Shown: positions 31,075-42,740, numbered from the stretch's first letter. The stretch is DNA of 64,000 nucleotides from Deltaproteobacteria bacterium (GCA_033763315.1 JANRKS010000005.1:1-64000); one strand, 5' to 3'. Translations and numbers: made by a program. Notes: a model not told the origin generated them from the letters alone.

Positions 31075-31509
31075 ATGTCTACAGTGGATCGGTTATTGGG
31101 GAGTAAAGGGCGTAAAGTGTTCACGATTTCCAGCAAGGCCACGGTCTTCGAGGCCATCGCGAGCATGGATTCGTGCAACGTGGGCTCGCTGGTGGTTGTG
31201 GACGGTGGCACGCCGTGCGGCATTCTCACGGAGCGCGACTATCTACGGCGGGTTGCGTTGCAGGGCCGATCATCCAAAACCACCTTGGTGGAGGAGATCA
31301 TGTCTGCCGAGATGAAGGTTGTGGATCCGCAGACCGACCTCGAAGCCTGTATGGCAATGATGGCCGATCGACACATTCGGCACTTGCCCGTGGTGGATGA
31401 CGGCAAATTGGTTGGGCTTTTGTCTATGGGGGACATCGTGAAGCACCTCGTGCGCGAGCGTGAATCCACCATTCAGAACCTGACCGATTACATCCAGGGT
31501 CGGGCGTAA
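31075..31509 (+). CDS. CBS-pair domain protein
   Basis: VGSLVVVD, GILTERDY, IRHLPVVD, LSMGDIVK; GGGAGG RBS. Confidence 0.93.
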   Translation: MSTVDRLLGSKGRKVFTISSKATVFEAIASMDSCNVGSLVVVDGGTPCGILTERDYLRRVALQGRSSKTTLVEEIMSAEMKVVDPQTDLEACMAMMADRHIRHLPVVDDGKLVGLLSMGDIVKHLVRERESTIQNLTDYIQGRA

Positions 31510-31574
31510 GACCCTCCTCTCAGCCGCCAACTGGAGGTGTGAATAGCGCGCTGCTAGTGTGTGGCGCACAAGCT

Positions 31575-32693
31575 GTGGAAAACGAAAACGCCTTCAAACA
31601 CAGAGTCAATGAGGATCTGGTTCGTCGTTTGGCCTCGGCCACAAAAGCGGCGTGGCCTCTGTTCGACAGCAAAGGCTTTCTACGTGCCGTCGTCGCCGAA
31701 CTCGAACCGCTAGAGCTCAAAGCGCGCATCGACTTTGTCACGAAGCAGTGGGCCGCGCGTTTGCCATCATCCTATGGCGAAGCTTTGCCCGTGGTGCTCG
31801 CCACGATGGGACCGCCACTCACGAACGATACGGATGTGTCCCAGTCGGCGTTTTACCACTGGCTCCATGCCCATTTCGTGCAGTGTTTCGGGCTTGAACA
31901 TCCACAACTTTCGCTTTCGGCGATGGTGGAAATCACCCAGCGATCGACGGCCGAGTTCTGTGTGCGGCCGTTCTTCGAGCGCTACCCGAGAGAGACCTTG
32001 GCGTTTCTCAAGCGCCTGCGAACCCACGCGAGCCCGCACGTGCGTCGCTGGGTGAGCGAGGGATCCCGCCCTCGCTTGCCGTGGGGTTTGCGGCTGCAGG
32101 CGTTCATCAAAGATCCAACCCCGGTGTTAGGTCTGATCACGCCACTGCGGGCCGATCCTTCGCTGTACGTACGCAACTCGGTGGCCAACAACCTCAACGA
32201 CATAGCCAAGGATCATCCGGACATCGTGGTGGAAACGATGCGTTCGTGGCTGAGCGAAACCAAGAACACCCATGCTCCCTGGTTGGCCAAGCGGGCATTG
32301 CGCCACCTGGTGAAGCAGGGTCACGCGGGCGCCTTGCAAACGTTAGGGTTTGGTGCGGGCACGCAAGCGAAACTTGTGGCGCTGCGCCTTGAGCGCCCGC
32401 GGGTGAGGGTGGGCGACCACATCGAGTTCGAGGTCCTTCTGCGCGGACGTGCACCAGAGAAGGTGAATGTCGATTACGCAGTGACGTACCAGCTGGCCGC
32501 CGGCAAAACAGGCCAAAAGGTTTTCAAGCTCAAGGTGCTTGACCTTAAGCAAGGTCAGACGGTTCTGTTGCGCAAACGGCATTCGCTCAAGCCCATCACC
32601 ACGCGCCGTTACTACGCCGGAGAACACAGCATCACCATCTTGGCCAATGGCCAATCGCTCGGCAGCCTGAAGTTCGATTTGGCGTTGCGCTGA
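31575..32693 (+). CDS. DNA alkylation repair protein (AlkC/AlkD-like HEAT-repeat glycosylase family)
   Basis: LELKAR, TAEFCVRPF, HVRRWVSEGSRPRLPW, DPSLYVRNSVANNLNDIAKDHP, KVFKLK, TTRRYYAGEH. Confidence 0.88.
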   Translation: MENENAFKHRVNEDLVRRLASATKAAWPLFDSKGFLRAVVAELEPLELKARIDFVTKQWAARLPSSYGEALPVVLATMGPPLTNDTDVSQSAFYHWLHAHFVQCFGLEHPQLSLSAMVEITQRSTAEFCVRPFFERYPRETLAFLKRLRTHASPHVRRWVSEGSRPRLPWGLRLQAFIKDPTPVLGLITPLRADPSLYVRNSVANNLNDIAKDHPDIVVETMRSWLSETKNTHAPWLAKRALRHLVKQGHAGALQTLGFGAGTQAKLVALRLERPRVRVGDHIEFEVLLRGRAPEKVNVDYAVTYQLAAGKTGQKVFKLKVLDLKQGQTVLLRKRHSLKPITTRRYYAGEHSITILANGQSLGSLKFDLALR

Positions 32694-32883
32694 AGTGAGG
32701 TGGCACCCCATATGCCACAAGCCCTGCGGGGCGGTTCAGAGAAAAGCAGCACTCCATCCACAGGCTCATGAAGGGACAGCAATGCGCCTGTGTCTCGCTG
32801 CGCTATGACGAGCCACCCCGCACACATCGGCAGCCTGCCCCCATATATGTTGCCGCACGACTCGTGCTTAGCGAGCCCCCACG

Positions 32884-35064
32884 CTAGAAGTTCACGTCAC
32901 CGTCCACCACGACTGGAGCGGCCTTGATCAAGGACTCAACTTCGCTGAAGATCTTGAGCGCACCGGTGACCAAAACCGTCGCGTTGTCCCGATTGCGCGG
33001 GTTGGCTTTGGCCCATTCCGCGCGCTCAAGCGCCGCCGCCATTTGCTGAGCCGGCGCACGCACCTGATCAAGGTGTCCGAGCAGTTTCGTCTTCACAGCG
33101 ACAGGCGAGCCTTTTTGCAGCAGGTCGCGTTGCAAATAGGCGAACATGAGCGCCACGTTGGCTCTTAGGAACAAGGAGGGGCCAAGGCGGGCGTCGTCGT
33201 CGTCGATGCGCGCGTTTGGATCCAACCCTTGTACGTCGGTCCAGTCGCCATGAAGCAACGGATGCACGGTCTTTGGCAAGCCGCGGCCCGTGGGCAACTT
33301 AGGCGTGCCCTTGTACTTCGCAAAATAGGCTTCTTGGTTTATCAGCCGGTGTGCGCTGAAAAACGGCTGCTGAATGTAGCGGTGCTCGAACGTGAACAGG
33401 TTCCAGTAGTGACCGTCAATCGTGGGGCCGCGGAAGTTCTCGGCCGTCAACAGCGTGTGATCCATCAGCTGGCCGAGGTACGCCCACGGGTCGCTTAACA
33501 CCTCGGTTTGCAAGTACGTAAGGCTCTTGTTGGGCTCGAGCTCTTCTCTCATGAACTCTGGCAGGCGCTTTAAGACCTCCGCGTCACACTCTTTGTTCGA
33601 GTAACAGGATGGTTCAGCGTTGTGCAGGCCTTGGTGGAAAAAAGGCCCGTAATCTTTGTTGAGTTCCGGGAAGGGCAGCGCGGGCAACTCGAGCCAACCG
33701 GGCTGCTTCGTCAACGCGAGACGGAAGAAGTGCGCCCCCGCCAACACGGACTGGTGCTTGAAAAGCAAGGTGTCTTCCATCCAGCCTTGCGCGTTGTAGG
33801 CAACCGAAAAGTTCGCGCTGATCTCGCGGCCGTGCGAGTCGGCTTTGCTCAGGATGGTCCCATCACTCATCGCTTCGTGAATCGCCGACAGATTCTGGAT
33901 CGTTGGATCCGCGATGTACTTGTCGTGCATCGCGTACCACGACGACGGGTTTTTGGGCACGCGGCCGCCCCCCGGCATCCAGTCATTGAAGCTGCGGTGC
34001 GCGGCGCCGTTGAAACTGTCTTCAGACCACCGGGGGAACGCCACGCCTACGGGCAACGTACGCAGGCTGACAGCTTCGATGGCGTCTGCGGCGGCCTTGG
34101 CTTCCGCGAGCGAGGTGATGGGCTTCGTGTAGATGGCAAGGTTGCGTTTCTCAAGCTCCTTGCCAAACGCAAGCTCGCGCTCGGCAAGTGTGTTGCCAGG
34201 CAAAGGTTCGCCACCGGGTTGGAACGGCCGCCACAACTTGCTGCACGGGTTCTTCACATCGTACTTGGCGCGCATCGCGTGCACGTAGTCGACGATGTCG
34301 AGTGCGTCTTCCGATGACACGTGTTGCAGGCCGCGGCGCAAAATGTCGTCGTCAGTGAACGCGATCGCCGCCAGTTCGATCGCATCGGGGCTGTGGCAGT
34401 TCACACAAGCCGTGCCGTACTTGTCGGGCTTGCGCAGCGCCACCAACCCCTTCTTCATGACTTCGGCTCGTTTGGCGTCCGTCCAATCCTTGGGGTGTGT
34501 GCGGCCCGTGTTGGCGGCCTGGCCGCTGCCCGTGGCGCCTTTGCGAAGCGTTGCGAAGTCGGCGGCGATCTCCGCATCGGTGATGGCCGTGGCATCGAAA
34601 GCGGGCATGTTTGTGCCCTTGCCGGCTCGCACGATGGCCTTGTATTGATCGACGGTAAGCGTGCCAGGAATGGCTGGGTAGCCAGGGCGACCCGCGCCTG
34701 CGGGACCATGGCAACCCGCGCAAGTGCTTGCAAAGCGGTAGGACAACGTCGCGCCGGCCGACTGAACCAACGTGTACGTGGGAGCCGCAACGGCGGGGCA
34801 ATCCAGCATGCCCTTGCCTACCACCGCGGCCGGGCCCGGTGCCTCCGTGGTCCCACCTACACCGTTGCCCCCGTTGGCTACGCTGCCCGCACCGCCGGTC
34901 CCGCCGAAGGAGGCGCCACCGCTGCCGGAGCCGCCTCGGCTTGATTCCCCGCCGCCGCCCCCGCCGCCATCGTCATCATTTGTGTTCGGATTCGTCGATC
35001 CAGACGTGCAGGCCCAAGACAGCGCGACGACACCTAAAACAACATGGCGAGCAAATACATCCAT
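32884..35064 (-). CDS. Diheme cytochrome c lipoprotein of unknown function
   Basis: Lipobox SWAC, Gly linker, CAGCH...MPAF class I cytochrome domain, second CVNCH; paralog of 48610..50748. Confidence 0.85.
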   Translation of the reverse strand: MDVFARHVVLGVVALSWACTSGSTNPNTNDDDGGGGGGGESSRGGSGSGGASFGGTGGAGSVANGGNGVGGTTEAPGPAAVVGKGMLDCPAVAAPTYTLVQSAGATLSYRFASTCAGCHGPAGAGRPGYPAIPGTLTVDQYKAIVRAGKGTNMPAFDATAITDAEIAADFATLRKGATGSGQAANTGRTHPKDWTDAKRAEVMKKGLVALRKPDKYGTACVNCHSPDAIELAAIAFTDDDILRRGLQHVSSEDALDIVDYVHAMRAKYDVKNPCSKLWRPFQPGGEPLPGNTLAERELAFGKELEKRNLAIYTKPITSLAEAKAAADAIEAVSLRTLPVGVAFPRWSEDSFNGAAHRSFNDWMPGGGRVPKNPSSWYAMHDKYIADPTIQNLSAIHEAMSDGTILSKADSHGREISANFSVAYNAQGWMEDTLLFKHQSVLAGAHFFRLALTKQPGWLELPALPFPELNKDYGPFFHQGLHNAEPSCYSNKECDAEVLKRLPEFMREELEPNKSLTYLQTEVLSDPWAYLGQLMDHTLLTAENFRGPTIDGHYWNLFTFEHRYIQQPFFSAHRLINQEAYFAKYKGTPKLPTGRGLPKTVHPLLHGDWTDVQGLDPNARIDDDDARLGPSLFLRANVALMFAYLQRDLLQKGSPVAVKTKLLGHLDQVRAPAQQMAAALERAEWAKANPRNRDNATVLVTGALKIFSEVESLIKAAPVVVDGDVNF

Positions 35065-35132
35065 AAACCGTTCTGCGAGGAGATCGCGAAAACGGCTCAA
35101 AAAATCCTAATCCAACGCTCAGCGTTGAAGGT

Positions 35133-36623
35133 TCACGCCTCTGACGCCTTGAGAAACGGCAAAATGTCGCTTGCCTTTTCCTTCACCCCTGAAACGTAGG
35201 TGTTGTCGATGCGGGGGTAACCATAGCCCGCGGGGCCGTTGTTTTTGATCTTTTGAAACTCTGCCGCGGGCACACCTACAGCTTGCAGACACGTGGCCAG
35301 CATCTGCGAATAGAGCAAGCCGAAGAGGCGCGTGCCGGTTCCGATTTTGCGTCGGTAATCGCAATAGTTGCCGGTCTTCAAAAAGCCACCGGCAGAGCCC
35401 GCCATGATCACCGGGATGCTGCGCGAATCGTGTGTTTCTTCGGCGCACTCGTTCGTCCAGATGACCAGGCTGTTGTCGAGAACCGATTGCCCTGGCGCCT
35501 CTTCAACGTCCAGCTTCTTGATCAGATCCACAAAGCCATGGTGGAAAACCTTTTGGTTGGCCTCTTGTAGTTTCAACTGGGGGGCGGGGCTATTCCATTG
35601 GTGCGCAAAGTCTTGGTGCCAGCTGCCCGAAACCGAAACGAAGTCTTCTTCCTTCGTCCCAATCACGGCGATGCGGCTCGTACCGCATAGGAACGCCGCG
35701 GTGAAAACGTCGTTGAATGCGGCCTGGCGGGCAACCGCGCCCGAGGAACTCATGGGCCCCTTTTGATCTTTGCACGCCGCTAGGTTGCCCCCATTGCCCG
35801 AGCCTGTGTTCACGCGCCGGTCTAGTTCATCGAGCCGCGACACGTGGTCGTCCAACCTCTGTTTGTCGGCCGCAGACAAGCGGCGGTTGCTTTGTCTAAG
35901 GCTGCGGTAGTTCTGGATTACACGGTTGATGATCGGCGTTCGCTTGGGTGGCGGTGGCGTTGTGCCAGTGGTGGGCGGCACGAAAATGCGCGTAAACAAA
36001 TCGCCCGGGCTTTCGGCGTTGCGAATCGCCTGGATGGTGCCTGTCTGCGCGCTTGGGTTCGAATAGTTCCACGACACGGAGGAATGCAGGAAGTGGGTCA
36101 CCATCGAACGCTCTTTGATCCCGTCCAAGCTCTTGTAGAAGCTGGGCGACCACGCCATCACCTGGTCAATCGTGGGCATAGGAAAGGCCTGCACAGCTTG
36201 CCCCTCGCTACCATTTCCGTCGTTGCGCGCGAAGTTCCCCAGCATCCCTGTGTTGTGCGCAATGTAGAACGGAATATCCAAGCCGCGTAACACGTTCATC
36301 TTGGACACCAACCGATCCGTCAGGTTAGGCGACGTAAGCACGGTTGATAGGCCGCCGTTGGCAAGTTTCAGATTCCCTCGACGCACGACGTGGCCGGGGT
36401 GAACCTCAAGCGTTTCGTTCGCGGTGGCCTCGTTCGGGTACATGGCGCTTTCGCGGACGCCGCCGTGCATGCTTGTCATGGCAACGAAGCGAGGTGGACT
36501 GGCGAACACCAAATTGGCTGCGTACGCCTTGATAGGGTAAAGCGAGGGTAGGAAGGGTAACCCCAGCGTCATGCCCGCAGAGCCACGCAAGATCTGTCGC
36601 CGGCTGATAACAATCTTCTTCAT
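35133..36623 (-). CDS. DUF1552 family protein (second subfamily)
   Basis: SRRQILRG..GLPFLPSL, TIDQVMAWSP, RRLSAADKQRLDDH, AFLCGTSRIA, WHQDFAH, LDNSLVIWTNE. Confidence 0.85.
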   Translation of the reverse strand: MKKIVISRRQILRGSAGMTLGLPFLPSLYPIKAYAANLVFASPPRFVAMTSMHGGVRESAMYPNEATANETLEVHPGHVVRRGNLKLANGGLSTVLTSPNLTDRLVSKMNVLRGLDIPFYIAHNTGMLGNFARNDGNGSEGQAVQAFPMPTIDQVMAWSPSFYKSLDGIKERSMVTHFLHSSVSWNYSNPSAQTGTIQAIRNAESPGDLFTRIFVPPTTGTTPPPPKRTPIINRVIQNYRSLRQSNRRLSAADKQRLDDHVSRLDELDRRVNTGSGNGGNLAACKDQKGPMSSSGAVARQAAFNDVFTAAFLCGTSRIAVIGTKEEDFVSVSGSWHQDFAHQWNSPAPQLKLQEANQKVFHHGFVDLIKKLDVEEAPGQSVLDNSLVIWTNECAEETHDSRSIPVIMAGSAGGFLKTGNYCDYRRKIGTGTRLFGLLYSQMLATCLQAVGVPAAEFQKIKNNGPAGYGYPRIDNTYVSGVKEKASDILPFLKASEA

Positions 36624-36770
36624 GCTCGCCCCTTTAGAAATGCTTAGGTGGGTGGCCTCGCTGAGAAAGAGCGTCGCGAGCCACGTCTAATACTGACGCT
36701 AGCAATGCGTCTCTAACAGCTTAGGTTCATTCATGAATGCGCTTGCCCATGCGCGCTTGCCGCCGATCCG

Positions 36771-36802
36771 GTTGAGCCTATTCGGATCCGAATAGGCTCA
36801 AC
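36771..36802. repeat. Perfect 32-bp palindrome
   Basis: GTTGAGCCTATTCGGA|TCCGAATAGGCTCAAC, with no spacer and no mismatch. Confidence 0.95.
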
Positions 36803-37065
36803 GGACGGTTCAGGCGGCTCGTCACGATCGCCATTAGGCGGCTGGCGTGCAAGACGACAAAGATCGCCTGTTTGGCGGCGGATTTCGGCATGTCGGCGCC
36901 CCCGATCGGCCTTTGACCTGACAGAGCGATCGTGGAGATCTTTTGTATTCGCTGGGAGAAGTGTTCGTCAGGTTCAAACCTGTCGAAGCGCCGCCGGAGA
37001 ATTTGCCCGGCGCCATCGTCCGCTGCATGGATGAATGAGACGCGGGCTTTTACGCTTGCAATGAG

Positions 37066-37773
37066 CTACGCCGCGCGCGCGATGTGATTCAGCTTCGCAT
37101 CCAGCGAGAACCGATAGAAGCCCCGCAGTTCGGCCAGCATGTCCGTGGTCTTTTCATGCACCAGGTAGCGCTTGTGCAACGCATGGGCATACGCGTTCGC
37201 AGCCCGATGCGCGGTGACATACCGATCGTGTTCTTCGGCGCTCAAGTCATTCGCAAAGTGCGGCTCGTCAAACAACAGCGACCGGACGCGCGGCGCATTT
37301 TGATGGTGATCGTTCGCCATCAGCAAGCACGTGACAAACTTATCCACCTCGGCTTGCAGCTCCAGCTCAAGCGCTGACACGGAACGTTCACCAGCGGCGC
37401 ACACAGCCACGTAAATGAAGTGGCTTACGCCTTCGACCGCCAAGCAGAAGTCGTTGAAGTTCTGCGGCACCAAGCCTTGCGCCGGATCGTGGCGCTGCAG
37501 GTTGTTCAAAGCTTGGGCGTCCACGAACAACGCCATCTTCAATTCGTCGTTTGATTCTTCGATGAGCAATTGTTCGCGGGGGCGCCGAGCCGTGCCGTGG
37601 CTGCCACTGCTGCCAGCCAAAGCGCGGGCGCGCGCCGCTTCGTCCACAACGAACGCTTGCACGTCGAGGTTCGTTTGCACACGGTAAAGCGATTCGAGCC
37701 CACGTTGCAGCCGGCCGAGTACGGAGCCTGTGTCGTTGTTGTGGGCTGCGTCTTCGGTGATCGGTTGCTTCAT
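37066..37773 (-). CDS. Conserved hypothetical protein
   Basis: EQLL, FCLAVEGVSHFIY, LELELQAEVDKF, ELRGFYR; directly downstream of 37779..38354. Confidence 0.75.
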   Translation of the reverse strand: MKQPITEDAAHNNDTGSVLGRLQRGLESLYRVQTNLDVQAFVVDEAARARALAGSSGSHGTARRPREQLLIEESNDELKMALFVDAQALNNLQRHDPAQGLVPQNFNDFCLAVEGVSHFIYVAVCAAGERSVSALELELQAEVDKFVTCLLMANDHHQNAPRVRSLLFDEPHFANDLSAEEHDRYVTAHRAANAYAHALHKRYLVHEKTTDMLAELRGFYRFSLDAKLNHIARAA

Positions 37774-37778
37774 GACGT

Positions 37779-38354
37779 TTAATGCAGTTTCTTGCCGCCG
37801 CCGTCGTTCACGGTGACGCCCAGTTTTGTGAGCCGCGATTTGGCCCATGAGCTGCCCGTGCGCTGCCAGCGCTCGTACAGCTTCAAGATGTCTTGCGGGC
37901 TGGTCTGCTCGCACAGCATTTCGCTGATCGCTGAAAGCACGCGCACAAAACGTGGGAAGTTGCTGGAAAGCGAACCGAACACCTCGTTGAGGTGATCGCT
38001 TGTGCCTCGCGGGGTGCTGCGGGCCAGCTCCGCATAAGCGGATTCGCCCATGCCGATGTAATAGTCCACATCCACCACGCTGCGGGCCAGGCTTTCAGAC
38101 CAGAAGCCCGACACGTAAAGTGAGGTGTCGCCGATGTCGCGCAATTCGTTGCGGCGCTGGTGGGGGGCCAGATCCACCGCCTGCAGCATCCGCAACGCCA
38201 GCGGTTTATCGGTGATGGGGGTGCATGCGTATCCGGCCAACAGCACCACCAAATAGTGCTCGGTCATCGGGTCCGCGCTGATTCCTTCACGCTTGAGCGC
38301 CCGGTCGATGTGGGCGGCAAAGAAGCTTTCCAGAGAATCACTCAAATCCATCAT
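37779..38354 (-). CDS. Conserved hypothetical protein
   Basis: YLVVLLAGY, LRDIGDTSLYVSGFW.ESL, VDVDYYIGMGESAY; GAGGAGG RBS. Confidence 0.8.
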   Translation of the reverse strand: MMDLSDSLESFFAAHIDRALKREGISADPMTEHYLVVLLAGYACTPITDKPLALRMLQAVDLAPHQRRNELRDIGDTSLYVSGFWSESLARSVVDVDYYIGMGESAYAELARSTPRGTSDHLNEVFGSLSSNFPRFVRVLSAISEMLCEQTSPQDILKLYERWQRTGSSWAKSRLTKLGVTVNDGGGKKLH

Positions 38355-38470
38355 TGGCCTCCTCGGACGTGCCTATTTAGTCGTTAACTGCCCTTCCTTA
38401 ATCTGTAACAAACATCGACGCGGAAACAAGAAAACTTAAGTGATATCAAATAGATACGCCAAGGAAACAA

Positions 38471-38497
38471 TTGGCATCACGGTGCCGAGAGTGCCAG
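38471..38497. promoter_or_regulatory. CIRCE element 1 (HrcA operator, degenerate)
   Basis: TTGGCATCA-N9-GAGTGCCAG versus consensus TTAGCACTC-N9-GAGTGCTAA. Confidence 0.65.
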
Positions 38498-38515
38498 CTG
38501 GGGCGTTACAACTGG

Positions 38516-38543
38516 TTGACGGCGGCAGACTTGTGATTACAGT
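38516..38543 (+). promoter_or_regulatory. Putative sigma70 promoter of groESL
   Basis: TTGACG-N16-TACAGT between the two CIRCE elements. Confidence 0.5.
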
Positions 38544-38549
38544 TTGCGC

Positions 38550-38576
38550 TTGGCAGTCTGCCTGCCCGAGTGCCAA
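38550..38576. promoter_or_regulatory. CIRCE element 2 (HrcA operator)
   Basis: TTGGCAGTC-N9-GAGTGCCAA, 40 bp upstream of groES. Confidence 0.85.
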
Positions 38577-38615
38577 CGAGTGGCATTTAGGGTTTGCCCC
38601 ACCGGAGGAGAGAAA

Positions 38616-38906
38616 ATGAAAGTTCGGCCTTTGTATGACCGCGTGCTGGTCCGTCGCATTGCTGAGGAAGAGAAGACCAAGGGCGGGATCATCATTCCCG
38701 ATTCGGCAAAAGAGAAGCCCGCCGAGGCTGAGGTCGTTGCGGTTGGCAACGGCAAGATCACCGAGAAGGGCGACCTGCGGAAGCTGGAAGTGAAGAAGGG
38801 TGATCGCATCCTCTTCGGCAAGTACAGCGGCAACGAAATCAAGATTGACGGGACTGAGCACTTGATTCTGCGCGAGGACGAGATCCTTGGCGTGATCGAG
38901 AAATAA
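38616..38906 (+). CDS. groES: Co-chaperonin GroES
   Basis: [40 protein letters not shown]; GGAGGAG RBS. Confidence 0.98.
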   Translation: MKVRPLYDRVLVRRIAEEEKTKGGIIIPDSAKEKPAEAEVVAVGNGKITEKGDLRKLEVKKGDRILFGKYSGNEIKIDGTEHLILREDEILGVIEK

Positions 38907-40568
<1,662 letters not shown>

Positions 40569-40601
40569 GATCTAAGGCGCTCGCAAGGGCGCGTTGGATG
40601 T

Positions 40602-40642
40602 GCAAAACGGCGAGTGGCCTTCGGGTGGCTCGCCGTTTTTGC
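40602..40642 (+). terminator. Rho-independent terminator after groEL
   Basis: AAAACGGCGAG..CC-TTCG-GG..CTCGCCGTTTTT hairpin with U-tract. Confidence 0.85.
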
Positions 40643-40711
40643 GTGTTGCCAGCGCAATCGCTGTAAATCGACGGACCGCGCGGAGCGCAGTTTGCCGGCG
40701 CAGCGGGAACG

Positions 40712-41134
40712 ATGCTGCTGGCGCTGATGAAGAAGCCCAGTTGGTACGACCTGCCCGCGCTGCCGTTCCCCGAGTTGCCTTACGCGATGGGGCCGTTCTT
40801 CGAGCAGGGCCTCAGCAATTCCGAGCCTGCTTGCTACTCGAACGAAGAGTGCAACAAGGAGATCACGGCGCGTCTGCCGCAGTTCATGAAGGAAGAGTTC
40901 CCGCCCAGCATGACGGTGACAAAAATGGCAGCTGGACGTGCTGAGTGACCCTTGGGCGTACTTAGGGCAGCTTCAGGACCAAACTTTGATCACCGCAGAA
41001 AACTATCGTGGTCCACCCAGGATGCCCACTACTGGAACCTGTTCACGTTCGAGCACAAGATGTTCCAGCAGCCCTTGTTCTCGGCGCACCGATTGATCAC
41101 CGAGCAGGCGGTTAGAAGCAAAAAAGCAGAGTAA
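40712..41134 (+). pseudogene. Internal fragment of a third diheme cytochrome lipoprotein paralog, with two frameshifts
   Basis: LALMKKPSW..LPALPFPEL..GPFF.QGL.N.EP.CYSN.EC / DVLSDPWAYLGQL.D.TL.TAEN.RGP / HYWNLFTFEH..QQP.FSAHRLI, collinear with 32884..35064 across successive frames. Confidence 0.9.
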
Positions 41135-41241
41135 AACGGGGAATACATCCGTAGGCGACGCGTTCCCGGCGGCAAATCAGATCAAATGCCGTACATTCGA
41201 TTAATCGGACCGTACGAGTTCGTGCACAATGGTTGCGGTTC

Positions 41242-42630
41242 ATGAACACCGCAAAAACTCCCAAACGTCTTTTGTTAGGTACAGGGTTGAAGCTGGTTCG
41301 GGTGTCGTGGCGCGACGTCTGGATCTTGGTGCTGCCGATCATGGCACTCAGCCTGGGCGCGGCGTGGCTGGTCATAAAGTTCGTGCGGCCCGCTCCGCCC
41401 AACCGCATTCGGCTGCTGAGCGGCCCCGAAGGCAGCACGTTCCGACGTCATGCCGAGCGCTACAAGAAGAGCATCGAAGCGCATGGAGTGAAGGTGGAAC
41501 TTCTCAACAGCCGTGGCGCCGATGAAAACCTGGACCAGCTGCGGGACCCGAAAGCCCACGTTGATGTGGGCTTGGTGCAAAGCGGCCTGTTTGAGGAGGG
41601 AGAAGATACCAAAGGGCTGGTGTCGCTTGGCAGCCTGTTCCCGCAGCCCTTGATGGTTTATCACCGCTTGCCGAACCCAAGCACGATCGAACGCCTCACG
41701 CAGCTGTCGGGAAAGCGCATCGCGGTTGGCCCCGAGGGCAGCGGCACACGCGCGTTGGCGATGAAGCTGCTTGCGCTCAACGAGGTTGACAAGGCATCAA
41801 CGGTGTTTGTGGCCTTGGGTGGAGCTGACGCTGCAAAGGCATTGCTTGCGGGCGAGGTCGATGCGGCATTCTTAACCAGCGACACGGCGACACGCGAAGT
41901 GTTCCGTCAGTTGCGCGCGGCCCCCGGAGTTGAATTGATGAACTTTCGGCAAGCGGGTGGCTACGCCAGGCGTTTGCGCTATCTGTCGCGGTTGAAGCTG
42001 CCCGAAGGGGCGTTGGACATTGCGCAGAACGATCCGCCGCATGACTATGATCTTGTGGCCACAACGGTGGAGATGATCGCGCGGCCCGATCTGCATCCCG
42101 CGCTCTCCGATCTTCTGATCAGCGCCGCGCGCGAAGTTCATTCGCCGCCCAGCGTTTTTCGCGAAGCGGGAGAATATCCATCGCCTCAGGCGCACGACTT
42201 CCCGCTCAGTGAAGATGCCGAGCGGTATTACAAAACGGGCGCCAAATTGCTTTACAAGAGTTTGCCGTTTTGGTTGGCGAGCCTGCTTGATCGTTTGGTG
42301 GTGGTGGTGGTGCCGCTGCTGGTGATTATCGTGCCCGCCACGCGCATCGTTCCAAGCCTTTACCGCTGGCGCATCCGTTCACGCATCTACCGCTGGTATG
42401 GCGTTTTGTTGGCCATCGAACGTGAATTGTTGGGCAAGCCAACACAAGAACAGCGCTTGGGTCTGCTGCAAAGGTTGGATGAAATTGAAGACGCGGTGAA
42501 CGAGGTGAAGACGCCGCTTTCGTTCGCGGATCAACTGTATGTGTTGCGAGAGCACGTGACCTTGGTGCGCCACCGCCTTGAATCGCCGGGCCACGCCGAG
42601 CGTGGGCAGCACCTTAGCGCAAAGGCTTAG
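41242..42630 (+). CDS. TAXI-family TRAP solute-binding protein with N- and C-terminal TM segments
   Basis: RPAPP, S.GADENL, DVGLVQSG, GKRIAVGPEGSGT, HPALSDL, LPFWLASL.DR, YRWRIRSRIYRWY. Confidence 0.85.
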   Translation: MNTAKTPKRLLLGTGLKLVRVSWRDVWILVLPIMALSLGAAWLVIKFVRPAPPNRIRLLSGPEGSTFRRHAERYKKSIEAHGVKVELLNSRGADENLDQLRDPKAHVDVGLVQSGLFEEGEDTKGLVSLGSLFPQPLMVYHRLPNPSTIERLTQLSGKRIAVGPEGSGTRALAMKLLALNEVDKASTVFVALGGADAAKALLAGEVDAAFLTSDTATREVFRQLRAAPGVELMNFRQAGGYARRLRYLSRLKLPEGALDIAQNDPPHDYDLVATTVEMIARPDLHPALSDLLISAAREVHSPPSVFREAGEYPSPQAHDFPLSEDAERYYKTGAKLLYKSLPFWLASLLDRLVVVVVPLLVIIVPATRIVPSLYRWRIRSRIYRWYGVLLAIERELLGKPTQEQRLGLLQRLDEIEDAVNEVKTPLSFADQLYVLREHVTLVRHRLESPGHAERGQHLSAKA

Positions 42631-42740
42631 GGCCTCCAGGCTGTAGCGCCGTACAGTCCGTTTTGGTTCGGTCTTCTCGTTCATAGTCGCTCCCTATTTT
42701 TGCGACTGAACGCGTCCGGTTTCAACTAGGGGCTACACCA

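Noticed and set aside
32700-32718. TGGCAC-N5-ATGC sigma54-like site
   Set aside because: Points at a convergent gene end; better explained as the GTGGCA/TGCCAC hairpin after the repair gene
34840-34975. GGC-rich low-complexity tracts in lipoprotein genes
   Set aside because: They encode Gly/Ser linkers after lipoboxes and are not independent repeats
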